From: Obrimoposthia wandeli
Taxonomy: Eukaryota
Assembly: GCA_977020255.1 (NCBI GenBank)
Contig: CDROCS010001760.1
Location: 1 to 64,000 of the forward strand
Length of the DNA stretch: 64,000 nt
Direction of reading: 5' to 3'
Both the position numbers and the translations under genes were made by a program. The notes under the pieces were generated by a model, which was given only the letters and a program-made list of their open reading frames with translations, ran no database searches and was not told the DNA's origin. Below, piece by piece: positions 43,899 to 53,097 of the stretch. Position 1 is the first letter of the stretch. Each line of letters begins with the position of its first letter.

Positions 43899-43985
43899 AG
43901 AAGTTTAGATGTCTAAAGTTCTTGACCACACGCTTTAAACCGTTTAGATTTATAGACGTCCAAACATCTAAATATAAAAACGTCT
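43899..43985. promoter_or_regulatory. Tandem Met boxes (MetJ operators)
   Basis: 8-bp phased AGAAGTTT-AGATGTCT-AAAGTTCT (43899-922) and AGATTTAT-AGACGTCC-AAACATCT-AAATATAA-AAACGTCT (43946-985) versus consensus AGACGTCT. Confidence 0.88.
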
Positions 43986-43999
43986 ACGTTGGAGCAGAT

Positions 44000-45157
44000 A
44001 TGAGCAAGAGAAAAATCGCCACCACCGCTGTTCGTGCGGGTATTAATAGTGACCAACATCATGGTGCTGTTATTCCAGCTATTCACCTTTCAAGCACCTA
44101 TGCGCTAAAGGGTTTTAATGAAAAGCGTCAGTTTGATTATTCGCGCACAGGTAACCCCACGCGCGCAGTATTTGCTCAAGCTATTGCTGATTTAGAAGAA
44201 GGTGCTGTTGGTATTGTTACCAGTACCGGTATGTCAGCAGTACATCTTATTTGTCAGCTTCTAACAACCCAAGACACCATTGTTATTCCTCATGATTGTT
44301 ATGGTGGCAGTTTCCGGTTATTTACTCATTTAGCCAAGCGTGGGCAATTTAAGTTGATCGTGGTTGATCAAAACGATCAAGCCGCTTTAACTCAAGCCTT
44401 AGCAGCCAAACCTAAATTAGTGTTGCTTGAATCGCCAAGCAACCCATTATTGCGTTTAGTTGATATTGCCGACATTACTGAACAAGCCCACAAGGTTGGG
44501 GCATTAGTTGCAGTGGATAACACCTTTTTATCACCGGCATTACAACAGCCGTTACTATTGGGGGCTGATATTGTTTTTCATTCCACCACTAAGTACATCA
44601 ATGGTCACAGTGACGTGGTTGGCGGTGTCTTGGTGGCAAAAGAGCAAGCTTTAGGTGAAGAGCTGGCTTGGTGGGCAAATTGTATCGGTATTACTGGTTC
44701 GGCATTTGACAGCTATTTAGCCTTGCGCGGCTTGAAAACGTTGCCAATACGCATGAAGCAGCATCAAATTAATGCCAATGCAGTCGCAGAATTTCTGCAA
44801 AACCATCCGGCGATTGAACAAGTTTACTTTCCGGGGTTAGCCGATCATCCACAACATGCATTAGCAAAAAAACAGCAGCATGACTTTGGCGCCATGATGA
44901 GCTTTGAGCTTAAAGGTGGTGTTGAAGCGGTGAAGTTATTGTTTGATAAACTTGAATTTTTCACGCTAGCGCAATCATTAGGCGGTGTTGAAAGCTTGAT
45001 CAGTCATCCTTCAACGATGACACATGCCGGTATGGAAATTGAAGCACAGTTAGCGGCAGGCATTACGCAATCACTGGTGCGAATTTCAGTCGGTATTGAA
45101 GATATCGACGACATTTTGGCTGATCTTAGCCAAGCGTTAGATGCCACTCAGCAATAG
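44000..45157 (+). CDS. metB: Cystathionine gamma-synthase
   Basis: YSRTGNPTR, DCYGGSFRLF, ESPSNP, HSTTKYINGHSD, SLGGVESL; start moved to ATG 44000 (GGAG RBS, downstream of the Met boxes). Confidence 0.96.
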   Translation: MSKRKIATTAVRAGINSDQHHGAVIPAIHLSSTYALKGFNEKRQFDYSRTGNPTRAVFAQAIADLEEGAVGIVTSTGMSAVHLICQLLTTQDTIVIPHDCYGGSFRLFTHLAKRGQFKLIVVDQNDQAALTQALAAKPKLVLLESPSNPLLRLVDIADITEQAHKVGALVAVDNTFLSPALQQPLLLGADIVFHSTTKYINGHSDVVGGVLVAKEQALGEELAWWANCIGITGSAFDSYLALRGLKTLPIRMKQHQINANAVAEFLQNHPAIEQVYFPGLADHPQHALAKKQQHDFGAMMSFELKGGVEAVKLLFDKLEFFTLAQSLGGVESLISHPSTMTHAGMEIEAQLAAGITQSLVRISVGIEDIDDILADLSQALDATQQ

Positions 45158-45241
45158 CTGAAGTCATGTTTTGTGTGCATTTTTAAATGAGCACAAAAGT
45201 AGTTAATAGAGCTGAGAAGCTCATGGTTCTTTGGTAATAAA

Positions 45242-47764
45242 ATGACAGAGTTAAATGTAGCGGTGCAGCTTACACCGGCGAAAAATCAGTTAGCAAAAAC
45301 CGCCAGTAATGTGCATAAATTCGGTGGCAGTAGCTTAGCAACCCCCGCGTGTATTGAACGTGTTATTGATATTATTCGTCAGCATTGCCAGCTAAATGAT
45401 GTGGTGGTGGTGTCAGCAAATGGTAATACTACCGATGCGCTTTTTAGTCTCTATCAACTGGGTCTTGAGTATGTCGAGTCTGTCGAATCTATCAAGACGC
45501 AGCAAGAAAACTCAGCACAGGTTAACGACAATGAGAATGTAAAATCACTGCGAGAACAACTTGAACTTGCACTAACTGAACTACAAGCGTTACAAGCTGA
45601 CTTACTCAAGTCATTACTCAATGTTAGTAGTACAGCAAAGCTAACGGCAATGTTGTCAGCCGATATTACTCAGATAACCGCGCAATTAACCACAGACCCT
45701 GAAGCTTTTCAAAATGACTTGTTGGCTTTTGGCGAAGTGTGGTCAGCGCGCTTATTAGCCGCGGTATTAAGTGAGCGTGTTTGCCCAAGCTACATGTTAG
45801 ACGCTAGAGATTTTCTTTTATTGGAAAGTGAAAAAAACTGCGCTATTGATTACAGCCAAAGTGAAAAAAACTTTTTGGCTCAGCAGCAATCAGGACAGCT
45901 TGCTGTGGTTACCGGTTATATTGCCCGTGACCAGCAACATAAAACCTGTACATTAGGACGTAACGGTAGTGATTATTCAGCCACTATTATGGCGGCATTA
46001 GTTGGTGCGCGTAACGTGACGCTTTGGACTGATGTCGACGGTATTTATAGTGCTGACCCAAGGGTTGTGCCTCAAGCAAGAAAACTACATCGTTTACCCA
46101 ACGCCGTTGCTAACGAGCTTGGTCGCTTGGGTAATCCGGTGTTACATGCAAAAACCTTACAGCCTTTAGCAAATCATAATAGTCATTTACATGTTGCGAG
46201 CAGCTTTGCACCAGAAATTAGCGGTACTGAAATAGGCCAATTTGGCCAAATAGCGAAACAAGAGTTATCGGTTACGCATTTAAATGATTTGATCCTTGCC
46301 CATTCAGTAAGCTTACTTGGGCATGCTGGACGTAAAGCTGTCGAGGAGTTTTCGCCAGTTTGTTATAACCTGAGCGAAGGTTATTTAGTGATAACGCAGG
46401 CGCAGCAAAAAGCGCTTAGCCAATGGTTAGCAAGTCATGGCAATCAAGTGTCATTTACTCCTGTCGCTATTGTTGCTGTGGTAGGTTATCAGGTGGCAAA
46501 GCAAGGCGATATGCGCGCTAGATTCAAAAGAGCATTGCGACACCAACGCACGTTACATTTTGTTCAAGCCGAAAATAAACATAGTTATATTGCGGTATTA
46601 CCTGAGCCTTGTAGTAGCGAATGGCTTAACAACATTCATGCAGATATGACCAAAGATGCCCGTAATATTGGTCTAGTGGTTGCCGGTATTGGCAATATCG
46701 GTCAACGATTTTTAGACATGTTGCCTAAACAACTCGCGCGATTACCAGCCTTAGAAAACGTGCATTTAGTGGCATTAGTTGGTGCGAGTAAAGCACTAAT
46801 CAGCACCGATGGTATTGATGTTAGCCATGCTCTTAGTCATTATCAACAACAAGCAAAAGCTTATGAAAGTGCCGAGCTAGTCGAATGGTTAAATAACCAT
46901 CCTTATGATGAACTAATTGTTGTTGATATCACACCCAGTGAAGATTTTAGCCAGTTGTATCAGCAGTTTTTTAGCCAAGGCATTCATGTTATTGGCGCCA
47001 ATAAATGGGCCGCGTCATCACCAACAGAAAACTATCAACGATTGCTAAGTACCGCCAAACAGCATAATAGCTTATGGCTTGGCAACACTACGGTGGGTGC
47101 CGGTTTACCCATTAACGCGACCATTGCTGAGTTGATCAACAGCGGTGATGTTATTAGTGAAATATCAGGTATATTTTCTGGCACCTTGTCGTGGTTATTT
47201 CAATATTATGATGGCGAAACAGCGTTTTCAACACTGTTATCAAACGCACTAACCCAAGGTTTAACAGAGCCAGACCCACGGGAAGATTTATCAGGCCGAG
47301 ATGTACAACGAAAGTTACTTATTTTGGCTAGAATGGCTAGCTTTGAATTATCCTTAGCTGATATTGATTGTCAAAGTTTAGTGCCAGAAGCGCTGCGCGA
47401 TATTCCATTAGCTGAGTTCTTACAACGCACCAATGAGCTTGATGAATTATTTCTACAGCGCTTAAATCAAGCAAAAGCACAACACTGTGGCATACGCTAT
47501 GTTGCCCGCTTTGCTCATGAAAATGGCAAGATTAGTGCAAAAGTCAGCTTGGAAGAACTCGCCAATGATGACGCTTTCACGCAATTAACACCGTGCGATA
47601 ATGTTTTTCAGATTAAAAGCGAATGGTATCAAACAAACCCGTTAATTATTCGCGGCCCAGGTGCCGGGCGTGATGTTACTGCTGGTGGTATTCATGCGGA
47701 TTTGGTGACTATTTGTCAGCAACTGAATCATCGCCAACAGCGAGTGAAAATTAAAGGTATTTAG
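45242..47764 (+). CDS. metL: Bifunctional aspartokinase II / homoserine dehydrogenase II
   Basis: HKFGGSSLA, TLGRNGSDYSA, WTDVDGIYSADPR, GIGNIG, TTVGAGLP, EPDPREDLSGRDVQRK. Confidence 0.95.
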   Translation: MTELNVAVQLTPAKNQLAKTASNVHKFGGSSLATPACIERVIDIIRQHCQLNDVVVVSANGNTTDALFSLYQLGLEYVESVESIKTQQENSAQVNDNENVKSLREQLELALTELQALQADLLKSLLNVSSTAKLTAMLSADITQITAQLTTDPEAFQNDLLAFGEVWSARLLAAVLSERVCPSYMLDARDFLLLESEKNCAIDYSQSEKNFLAQQQSGQLAVVTGYIARDQQHKTCTLGRNGSDYSATIMAALVGARNVTLWTDVDGIYSADPRVVPQARKLHRLPNAVANELGRLGNPVLHAKTLQPLANHNSHLHVASSFAPEISGTEIGQFGQIAKQELSVTHLNDLILAHSVSLLGHAGRKAVEEFSPVCYNLSEGYLVITQAQQKALSQWLASHGNQVSFTPVAIVAVVGYQVAKQGDMRARFKRALRHQRTLHFVQAENKHSYIAVLPEPCSSEWLNNIHADMTKDARNIGLVVAGIGNIGQRFLDMLPKQLARLPALENVHLVALVGASKALISTDGIDVSHALSHYQQQAKAYESAELVEWLNNHPYDELIVVDITPSEDFSQLYQQFFSQGIHVIGANKWAASSPTENYQRLLSTAKQHNSLWLGNTTVGAGLPINATIAELINSGDVISEISGIFSGTLSWLFQYYDGETAFSTLLSNALTQGLTEPDPREDLSGRDVQRKLLILARMASFELSLADIDCQSLVPEALRDIPLAEFLQRTNELDELFLQRLNQAKAQHCGIRYVARFAHENGKISAKVSLEELANDDAFTQLTPCDNVFQIKSEWYQTNPLIIRGPGAGRDVTAGGIHADLVTICQQLNHRQQRVKIKGI

Positions 47765-47807
47765 CCGGTGAACTGTCAGTAGAAAGGGGAGGGGGAAATG
47801 CTAGAAA

Positions 47808-47841
47808 TAATGTCAGTTTTAAGAACATTTAACTGACATTA
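47808..47841. terminator. Inverted repeat between convergent metL and the hypothetical gene
   Basis: TAATGTCAGTT-N12-AACTGACATTA followed by GTTTTTT. Confidence 0.5.
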
Positions 47842-47865
47842 GTTTTTTATCGTTCACTAGCAGCG

Positions 47866-48387
47866 CTAATGACCCGCATATTTTTTATTGGCTTCAAATG
47901 CTTCAACTTCCAACGGAGCATCTGAATAACCGTATTGCGCTAAGTCAGACAGGTGTTGAAAAGTTATAGCTTCAAAAGTCGAGTTTTCTATTTGTAATAC
48001 GTGTACTAACTCATGAGCTAACTTTGGTGTATCAAGCGCATAGCCCTTTCTTATGTATATTGAATAACCGAATACTTGAGCGTTATTTACAATACCTTCT
48101 CCAATAAAGCCAAGTGATTCGCCTAAAATTTTTAATGCAAAATTTTCGTAAGGGTAAGGTACTAAATCGACAGTCACTATCCTAACTTTTTCCGGGTATT
48201 TAACTCCAACTTCGTTGGCCAACATCAGTTCACTCTCAGTTAAAGAGCGACCATCTTTAAGCCCTTGAACTTCGATATCTTGAGCCCACTCAATATATTG
48301 AGGAATTAAAACCTTTGCTATAATATCTTCATAGAATGCAGCCACACCAATTACAACTGCAACAAAAATCACTAATATTGATTTCAT
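47866..48387 (-). CDS. Hypothetical exported protein with HExxH motif (DUF4157-like metallopeptidase)
   Basis: N-terminal hydrophobic segment, AHELVHVLQ, APLEVEA; AT-rich. Confidence 0.6.
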   Translation of the reverse strand: MKSILVIFVAVVIGVAAFYEDIIAKVLIPQYIEWAQDIEVQGLKDGRSLTESELMLANEVGVKYPEKVRIVTVDLVPYPYENFALKILGESLGFIGEGIVNNAQVFGYSIYIRKGYALDTPKLAHELVHVLQIENSTFEAITFQHLSDLAQYGYSDAPLEVEAFEANKKYAGH

Positions 48388-48758
48388 TTATTAATCCCTA
48401 CGTTTATTATTTTCTTGCTTCATGAAGCCGCGAATAACTCATGGAATATCCTCGATTCATGTACAATCTTTTTATAAGTTATTTAATAACTTATCAGTAA
48501 GCTTTACGCTATTCAACTTCGTTTAGCTCTTAAGGTTATTAGTCATCAAATATCTGCGTGACCTAAATCCCAGAGTGTTAAACTAAAAAGACAAAACAGT
48601 AAAAGTATGCGTAAACATGGAGGGATAATGTTTTATGTATTGAGAAGTGTATCAGCTTAAATTTGGTAGGAAAGCTAAGTTCATTTGTTAAGCTTTGGCG
48701 CGACTACAGTAACGCGCCAAATGCTCTAAGTTAGTTTTTGACTTTTACCTGCGAATTT

Positions 48759-49424
48759 TTATAAATCAAAATCAACGCTATAGCTGATCACAAAGTTTAA
48801 GTCACCGTCAGCGCCATCAATGTCTGTATCTGATACAGCAAAGGTAAAACCATTTTTACTCAAACTAACACCGTAATCGACATAATCACCGCCGGCGTCA
48901 AAGTCGTAGCTACCAATATGAAGTCCTAGCTCTAAGCCTTCAGATACTTCAAAATCGGCATCGGCAGATATGTAAGTATCATCACCAAAGTCGCCGCCAC
49001 CATCTGAGTCAACTAAAGTATTGTAGGTAATTGAGTAAGCGTCGTATGAAAGTGAAAAGTTAACTTCACTAAAATCGGCATCGGCATCATTATCATAAGC
49101 GTAATAAATATAACCTACGCTGTAACCTATACCATTATCTAACTCGTTGGCATAGGCGGCATAAACATCAAGTTCATAAGTCATGTTCTCAGCCCAATCG
49201 GCATTTGATGCCCAAGTACCTACTGAAAAGCCTGAAGCATTTTCATAATCAATACCGCCAGATACTGCTGCCGCATTTGTTGTCTGTGTAACGCCACGCC
49301 ATAAGTAATTGTTCGAGGCTGCTGCATTTGCAGATAAACCTTCAACCGCGTGTGCTGACGTTGCCATAAATGCAGAGGCAGTTAGTATCATTGAAATTGA
49401 GAGAGAGATAATTGATTTTTTCAT
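48759..49424 (-). CDS. TorF-family putative outer-membrane porin
   Basis: Signal peptide, SNNYLWRGVTQT, AVSGGIDY, GTWASN, YELDVY, terminal Y-x-F-x-L-like beta signal. Confidence 0.85.
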   Translation of the reverse strand: MKKSIISLSISMILTASAFMATSAHAVEGLSANAAASNNYLWRGVTQTTNAAAVSGGIDYENASGFSVGTWASNADWAENMTYELDVYAAYANELDNGIGYSVGYIYYAYDNDADADFSEVNFSLSYDAYSITYNTLVDSDGGGDFGDDTYISADADFEVSEGLELGLHIGSYDFDAGGDYVDYGVSLSKNGFTFAVSDTDIDGADGDLNFVISYSVDFDL

Positions 49425-49461
49425 CTTGAGTCCACTAAGTTTTTATAATTGCTAACAGCAT

Positions 49462-49612
49462 TGCAAAGACAATGCCTTAGTCTAATTTAATTTTTAAAGT
49501 GGTTTTTTATCAGGGTGTTAATGTGTTTTTGTTAGATTTTCTATTAAAGGTTTTTAATCATGCTTGTGCTGTGTTGGTGCAAATATATCGACTTATGTAC
49601 AAAAGAAGTGCA
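49462..49612 (-). promoter_or_regulatory. Sigma54 promoter plus two NtrC-like sites upstream of the TorF gene
   Basis: Minus-strand AGGC-ATTGTCT-TTGCA (49477-49462); TGTGCTGTGTTGGTGCA (49565-81) and TGTACAAAAGAAGTGCA (49596-612), 31 bp apart. Confidence 0.65.
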
Positions 49613-49791
49613 GATGTTATTTGAAGCAATAAAGAATATTTATGGATTGTCATGAATAATGTGAAACGTGCCAATGGATGAAATATTTAGCATATTAGTT
49701 ATGTTTTGTGATTATTTTTAATCTTGGAAATAAAGTACCTATATGATCGTTAATGCCACAAACCTGACTCAATTTAGTAGTGAACTTATCA

Positions 49792-49846
49792 TAATAGATT
49801 TACTCAGACACCCATCCTAATAGATTTACTCAGACACCCATCCTAA
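49792..49846 (+). repeat. 26-bp tandem duplication containing the CAGACACCCAT motif (left flank of transposase)
   Basis: TAATAGATTTACTCAGACACCCATCC x2, then TAA. Confidence 0.9.
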
Positions 49847-49847
49847 A

Positions 49848-49876
49848 TTGAACAACCTTAGCCTGTGTACTAAGCT
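49848..49876 (+). promoter_or_regulatory. Putative sigma70 promoter of the transposase
   Basis: TTGAAC-17 bp-TAAGCT about 30 bp before the start codon. Confidence 0.5.
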
Positions 49877-49907
49877 CAAATAATCCCTTCTCCTTTATAT
49901 CAGGTGC

Positions 49908-50885
49908 GTGATGGCAACCCCAAGAAAGCAACAAATTAGTTTAGCAGATACATCTTATTATCACTGCATAACTAGCTGCGTCAGGCATGCGTTTTTGTGT
50001 GGTGAAGATAAGCATTCAGGTCAAAGTTTTGAACATCGACGAGGCTGGATAGAAGATAAATTGCATTTTCTCATCACAATCTTTGCTATCGATGTATGTG
50101 CTTATGCAGTGATGGACAATCACTATCATGTGGTGTTATTTGTTGATGAAGCAAAAGCTAAGCAATGGAGTATGATGGAAGTGCTTGAGCGCTGGCATCG
50201 TTTACACAAAGGTACGTTATTAGCCAATCAATACCTTAACAGTGACACACTCAGCGAGCCGCTACTTGATACAGTCAAAGCAATGGTAGAGACACTTCGA
50301 CATCGCCTTATCGACATCAGTTGGTTTATGCGTGAAATCAATGAAAAAGTTGCACGTCAGGCCAATCAAGAAGATGATTGTAAAGGTCGTTTTTGGGAAG
50401 CTAGATTTTACTCCCAAGCACTGCTTGATGAAGCGGCCATTGCTGCCTGTATGGCGTATGTTGACTTGAATCCTATTCGCGCGAATATCGCTGACACGCC
50501 CGAAACTTCAAACCACACCAGCGTTAAACTACGTTGCGAGCAAGCGAAAACAGGTAAACAACCAAACACACTGATGCCCTTTATCGGTAACCCCAGAGAA
50601 AATATGCCCAAAGGCCTGCCGTTTGACTTAACAGATTATCTGCAACTTATGGATATCACTGGGCGCAGTATTCGTGAAGATAAACATGGCTTTATTGAAC
50701 AAAGCCAACCAGAAATACTGAAACGCTTAAACATATCAGCAGAGCACTGGTTAACTATCACCACCGAATTTAGAACACAATTTCATGGTGCGGTCGGGCG
50801 AGAAGCAGCTTTGAGTGACTTTTGTGAGCACCAACACTTAAAACGAAGACACAACTTAAGTCATTGTAATAAGTTGTTTGCATAA
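49908..50885 (+). mobile_element. HUH (Y1) tyrosine transposase, RAYT/IS200-IS605 superfamily, about 325-aa form
   Basis: YYHC...CVR.AFLCG, AYAVMDNHYH (HUH), GRFWEARF, catalytic AYVDLNPIRA. Confidence 0.88.
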
Positions 50886-50889
50886 AAGC

Positions 50890-50966
50890 GACGAGCCAAA
50901 AACCAAACCACTAAATGTTCCATTCCAAAAGCGTTGTTTTAAGACCTACGTTGGAACAGGCTCGTC
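50890..50966. repeat. Long imperfect stem-loop immediately downstream of the transposase
   Basis: GACGAGCC (50890-97)/GGCTCGTC (50959-66) and TGTTCCA (50916-22)/TGGAACA (50952-58). Confidence 0.6.
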
Positions 50967-51092
50967 TAAAAAATATATTTTCAGAGGCAGTTGATTGAAA
51001 TTATAGAGAAATATCATTAAATATTGTTAACAGTACTTTCGCTTTTATTAAGATTAAACTTGCCATGTTCATGTGGTGATATTTTATTTAAA

Positions 51093-51103
51093 ATGGGTGT
51101 CTG
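51093..51103 (-). repeat. Inverted copy of the flank motif (ATGGGTGTCTG)
   Basis: Exact reverse complement of CAGACACCCAT at 49805-15 and 49831-41. Confidence 0.8.
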
Positions 51104-51229
51104 CTTTATCCTCTTTAAACTATTTTGTAATAAAAAGGACTAATCGAAGACTATTCTTTTAAGTAACACTACTTAGCACATTACTAGAGCGTCAGCAGGC
51201 TCTTCAAGTATTCAAAAGGAATTAGAATT

Positions 51230-51400
51230 ATGGAAAAATCAAAAAATAAATATACAGCTACAAGTTTAATGTTAACTACTATTGGTACTTTATTAATATC
51301 TCAAAAGCCACCATTCTATATAGATGTAGTTATTTTATGTGTCGCTTTAGCTGTCGGCATTGTCGGATACAATAAGGGCGATAAGTCTCCACACGCCTAA
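51230..51400 (+). CDS. Unannotated 56-aa protein with two hydrophobic segments
   Basis: Manual translation MEKSKNKYTATSLMLTTIGTLLISQKPPFYIDVVILCVALAVGIVGYNKGDKSPHA; AAGGA RBS; below the ORF-track cutoff. Confidence 0.6.
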   Translation: MEKSKNKYTATSLMLTTIGTLLISQKPPFYIDVVILCVALAVGIVGYNKGDKSPHA

Positions 51401-51405
51401 CTAGG

Positions 51406-51448
51406 AAATTAGCAGGACATCAAATTAGCAGGACATCCATCCTAAATT
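51406..51448 (+). repeat. 16-bp tandem duplication plus variant flank motif
   Basis: AAATTAGCAGGACATC x2, then CATCCTAAATT; parallels CAGACACCCATCCTAAATT at 49831-49849. Confidence 0.8.
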
Positions 51449-51717
51449 TCTCCTGTTCATGTAGCGATACTTATTTAAGCTTCCTTGCTTCCTTTCAAAT
51501 CGGCTAAACATAATCTTACAATTATTCACACCGGGTTAATCGTTATTAGGGTAGGCTCAGTGCCATTCAATTTATAGAAATAAACTGAGCCAAAGTTAAC
51601 ACTAAAAAATCCCTTTATTGTTTTCATTTAAGGGACCATTTAAGGGCACAGGCTTACTAAATCAAGATCAATAATGTAATACAGTGGGTATTATTCTCAC
51701 TCAAAAAGGAATTAACT

Positions 51718-53097
51718 ATGCTCAAGCCGCTTTGCTATACGCTCTTTACCTTACTTGCCCCTGTCAGCGTTATAGCTCAAACAATGGCTATAAAAACGAC
51801 TGATGAATTGGTCTCAACCGATTCAGAAATTTTATTTGCCTATAATAAAGAGTCAAAACAATTAGAAGTCATTAACTTACTTAAGTCACTGAGCAATGAA
51901 CTTACTTTACCAAGTAATGCTATCGGGTTTGATGTGGCAACACTTGCTAATACTACTGAAAAACAAGCACTCATATTAACAAGTGATGGTGTATACAAAG
52001 CCCAAGTTGATGAATCGACACTATTGTTTAGTTATGAGTCGGTGCTAAATCAATTAAAAATAGATAAATTTGAAAAAATAGACTTCGTTTTTGATGCCAA
52101 TAATGATGGCCTAAGCGATATTTTTATTCCTGGTTTAACAAGCAGCACTTTATATATTCAAAGTAAAGATGGGAGTTTTAAGCCTAACCAGTTTATGCAA
52201 ACTCCGTTATACGAAGGCAGTTTCTCTAGCAAAGGGCTGTCACTGGAAATTGATATTAATAATAAACCCTTAGTTATTGATTTTAACCACGACGGCTTGA
52301 ATGATTTAGTTTTTTCAAATGACTTTGGAGCAAATGTGCTATTTGCTAATGCCGAAGGCTTTGAGCAAAAACTTACCTCAATTGATTTGAATATCGAGTT
52401 AGGAGAGCTAACTAATGGTGAAACTCGTAAAATAAAACAAATTATTGATGTTAATAACGACGGTTTTCTAGATTTTACAATAAAGCAGTTTAAGCCTATA
52501 GAAGGTATGGACTCGCTCGATACAAAAGTAACACATAATTTGTATCTAGGGAGTGCTAAAGGCTTTAGCAATAAGCCTATTACCTTATTTGAAACAGAAG
52601 GGCCTAGTGTACTGTTACTTAAAACTGATTTTAATAATGATGGCTTAATCGATTTACAAAAAATGGATTTAGATATTGGCTTAAGCACTATTGCTTCTAT
52701 GGCGTTGGGCGGTGGCACTACAGATATAGATGTAGAAATGAATATTTACAAGCAACAGCCCGATGGCTCATTTGCCAATGAATCTAGTATCGAGCTCGAC
52801 TTAGAAATGGAAATGGGTATGAATAGTGATAACTCTGAACCAGCGATCTATTTTGGTGATATTAATGGCGACAGCTATATCGACGCCGTATACAAGTACA
52901 GTAAAAAAACGTTGTATATTTATTACGGAGAGCAAGACTCACTTTTAACTAAAAAGCGTGAAAAATTAAAGTTAACACTACCCAAAAATAATAAAGATAT
53001 TCTTTTAGTTGATATAAACCAAGACGGTAAAAAAGATTTTATATTTAAATTTACCGAAGAGGATGGCACTAGCAAAATTGAAACACGCTTAAATTAA
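51718..53097 (+). CDS. Secreted FG-GAP/VCBS repeat protein
   Basis: Signal peptide; six DxNxDG-like Ca-binding motifs (DANNDG, DFNHDG, DVNNDG, DFNNDG, DINGDS, DINQDG). Confidence 0.82.
   Translation: MLKPLCYTLFTLLAPVSVIAQTMAIKTTDELVSTDSEILFAYNKESKQLEVINLLKSLSNELTLPSNAIGFDVATLANTTEKQALILTSDGVYKAQVDESTLLFSYESVLNQLKIDKFEKIDFVFDANNDGLSDIFIPGLTSSTLYIQSKDGSFKPNQFMQTPLYEGSFSSKGLSLEIDINNKPLVIDFNHDGLNDLVFSNDFGANVLFANAEGFEQKLTSIDLNIELGELTNGETRKIKQIIDVNNDGFLDFTIKQFKPIEGMDSLDTKVTHNLYLGSAKGFSNKPITLFETEGPSVLLLKTDFNNDGLIDLQKMDLDIGLSTIASMALGGGTTDIDVEMNIYKQQPDGSFANESSIELDLEMEMGMNSDNSEPAIYFGDINGDSYIDAVYKYSKKTLYIYYGEQDSLLTKKREKLKLTLPKNNKDILLVDINQDGKKDFIFKFTEEDGTSKIETRLN

Noticed and set aside
43922-43999. N-terminal extensions in the ORF track for metB, feoA (58161), hflX (31013), tsaE (25646), the activator (39228) and the protease (57416)
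   Set aside because: They run through operators or lack an RBS; downstream starts fit the RBS position and typical N-termini better.
47762-47866. Integron attC site beside the HExxH gene
   Set aside because: No RYYYAAC/GTTRRRY core pair and no integrase in the window.
48694-48721. TTTGGCGCG/CGCGCCAAA hairpin after the TorF gene as an intrinsic terminator
   Set aside because: The stem is real but has no U tract on either strand, so it was not called.
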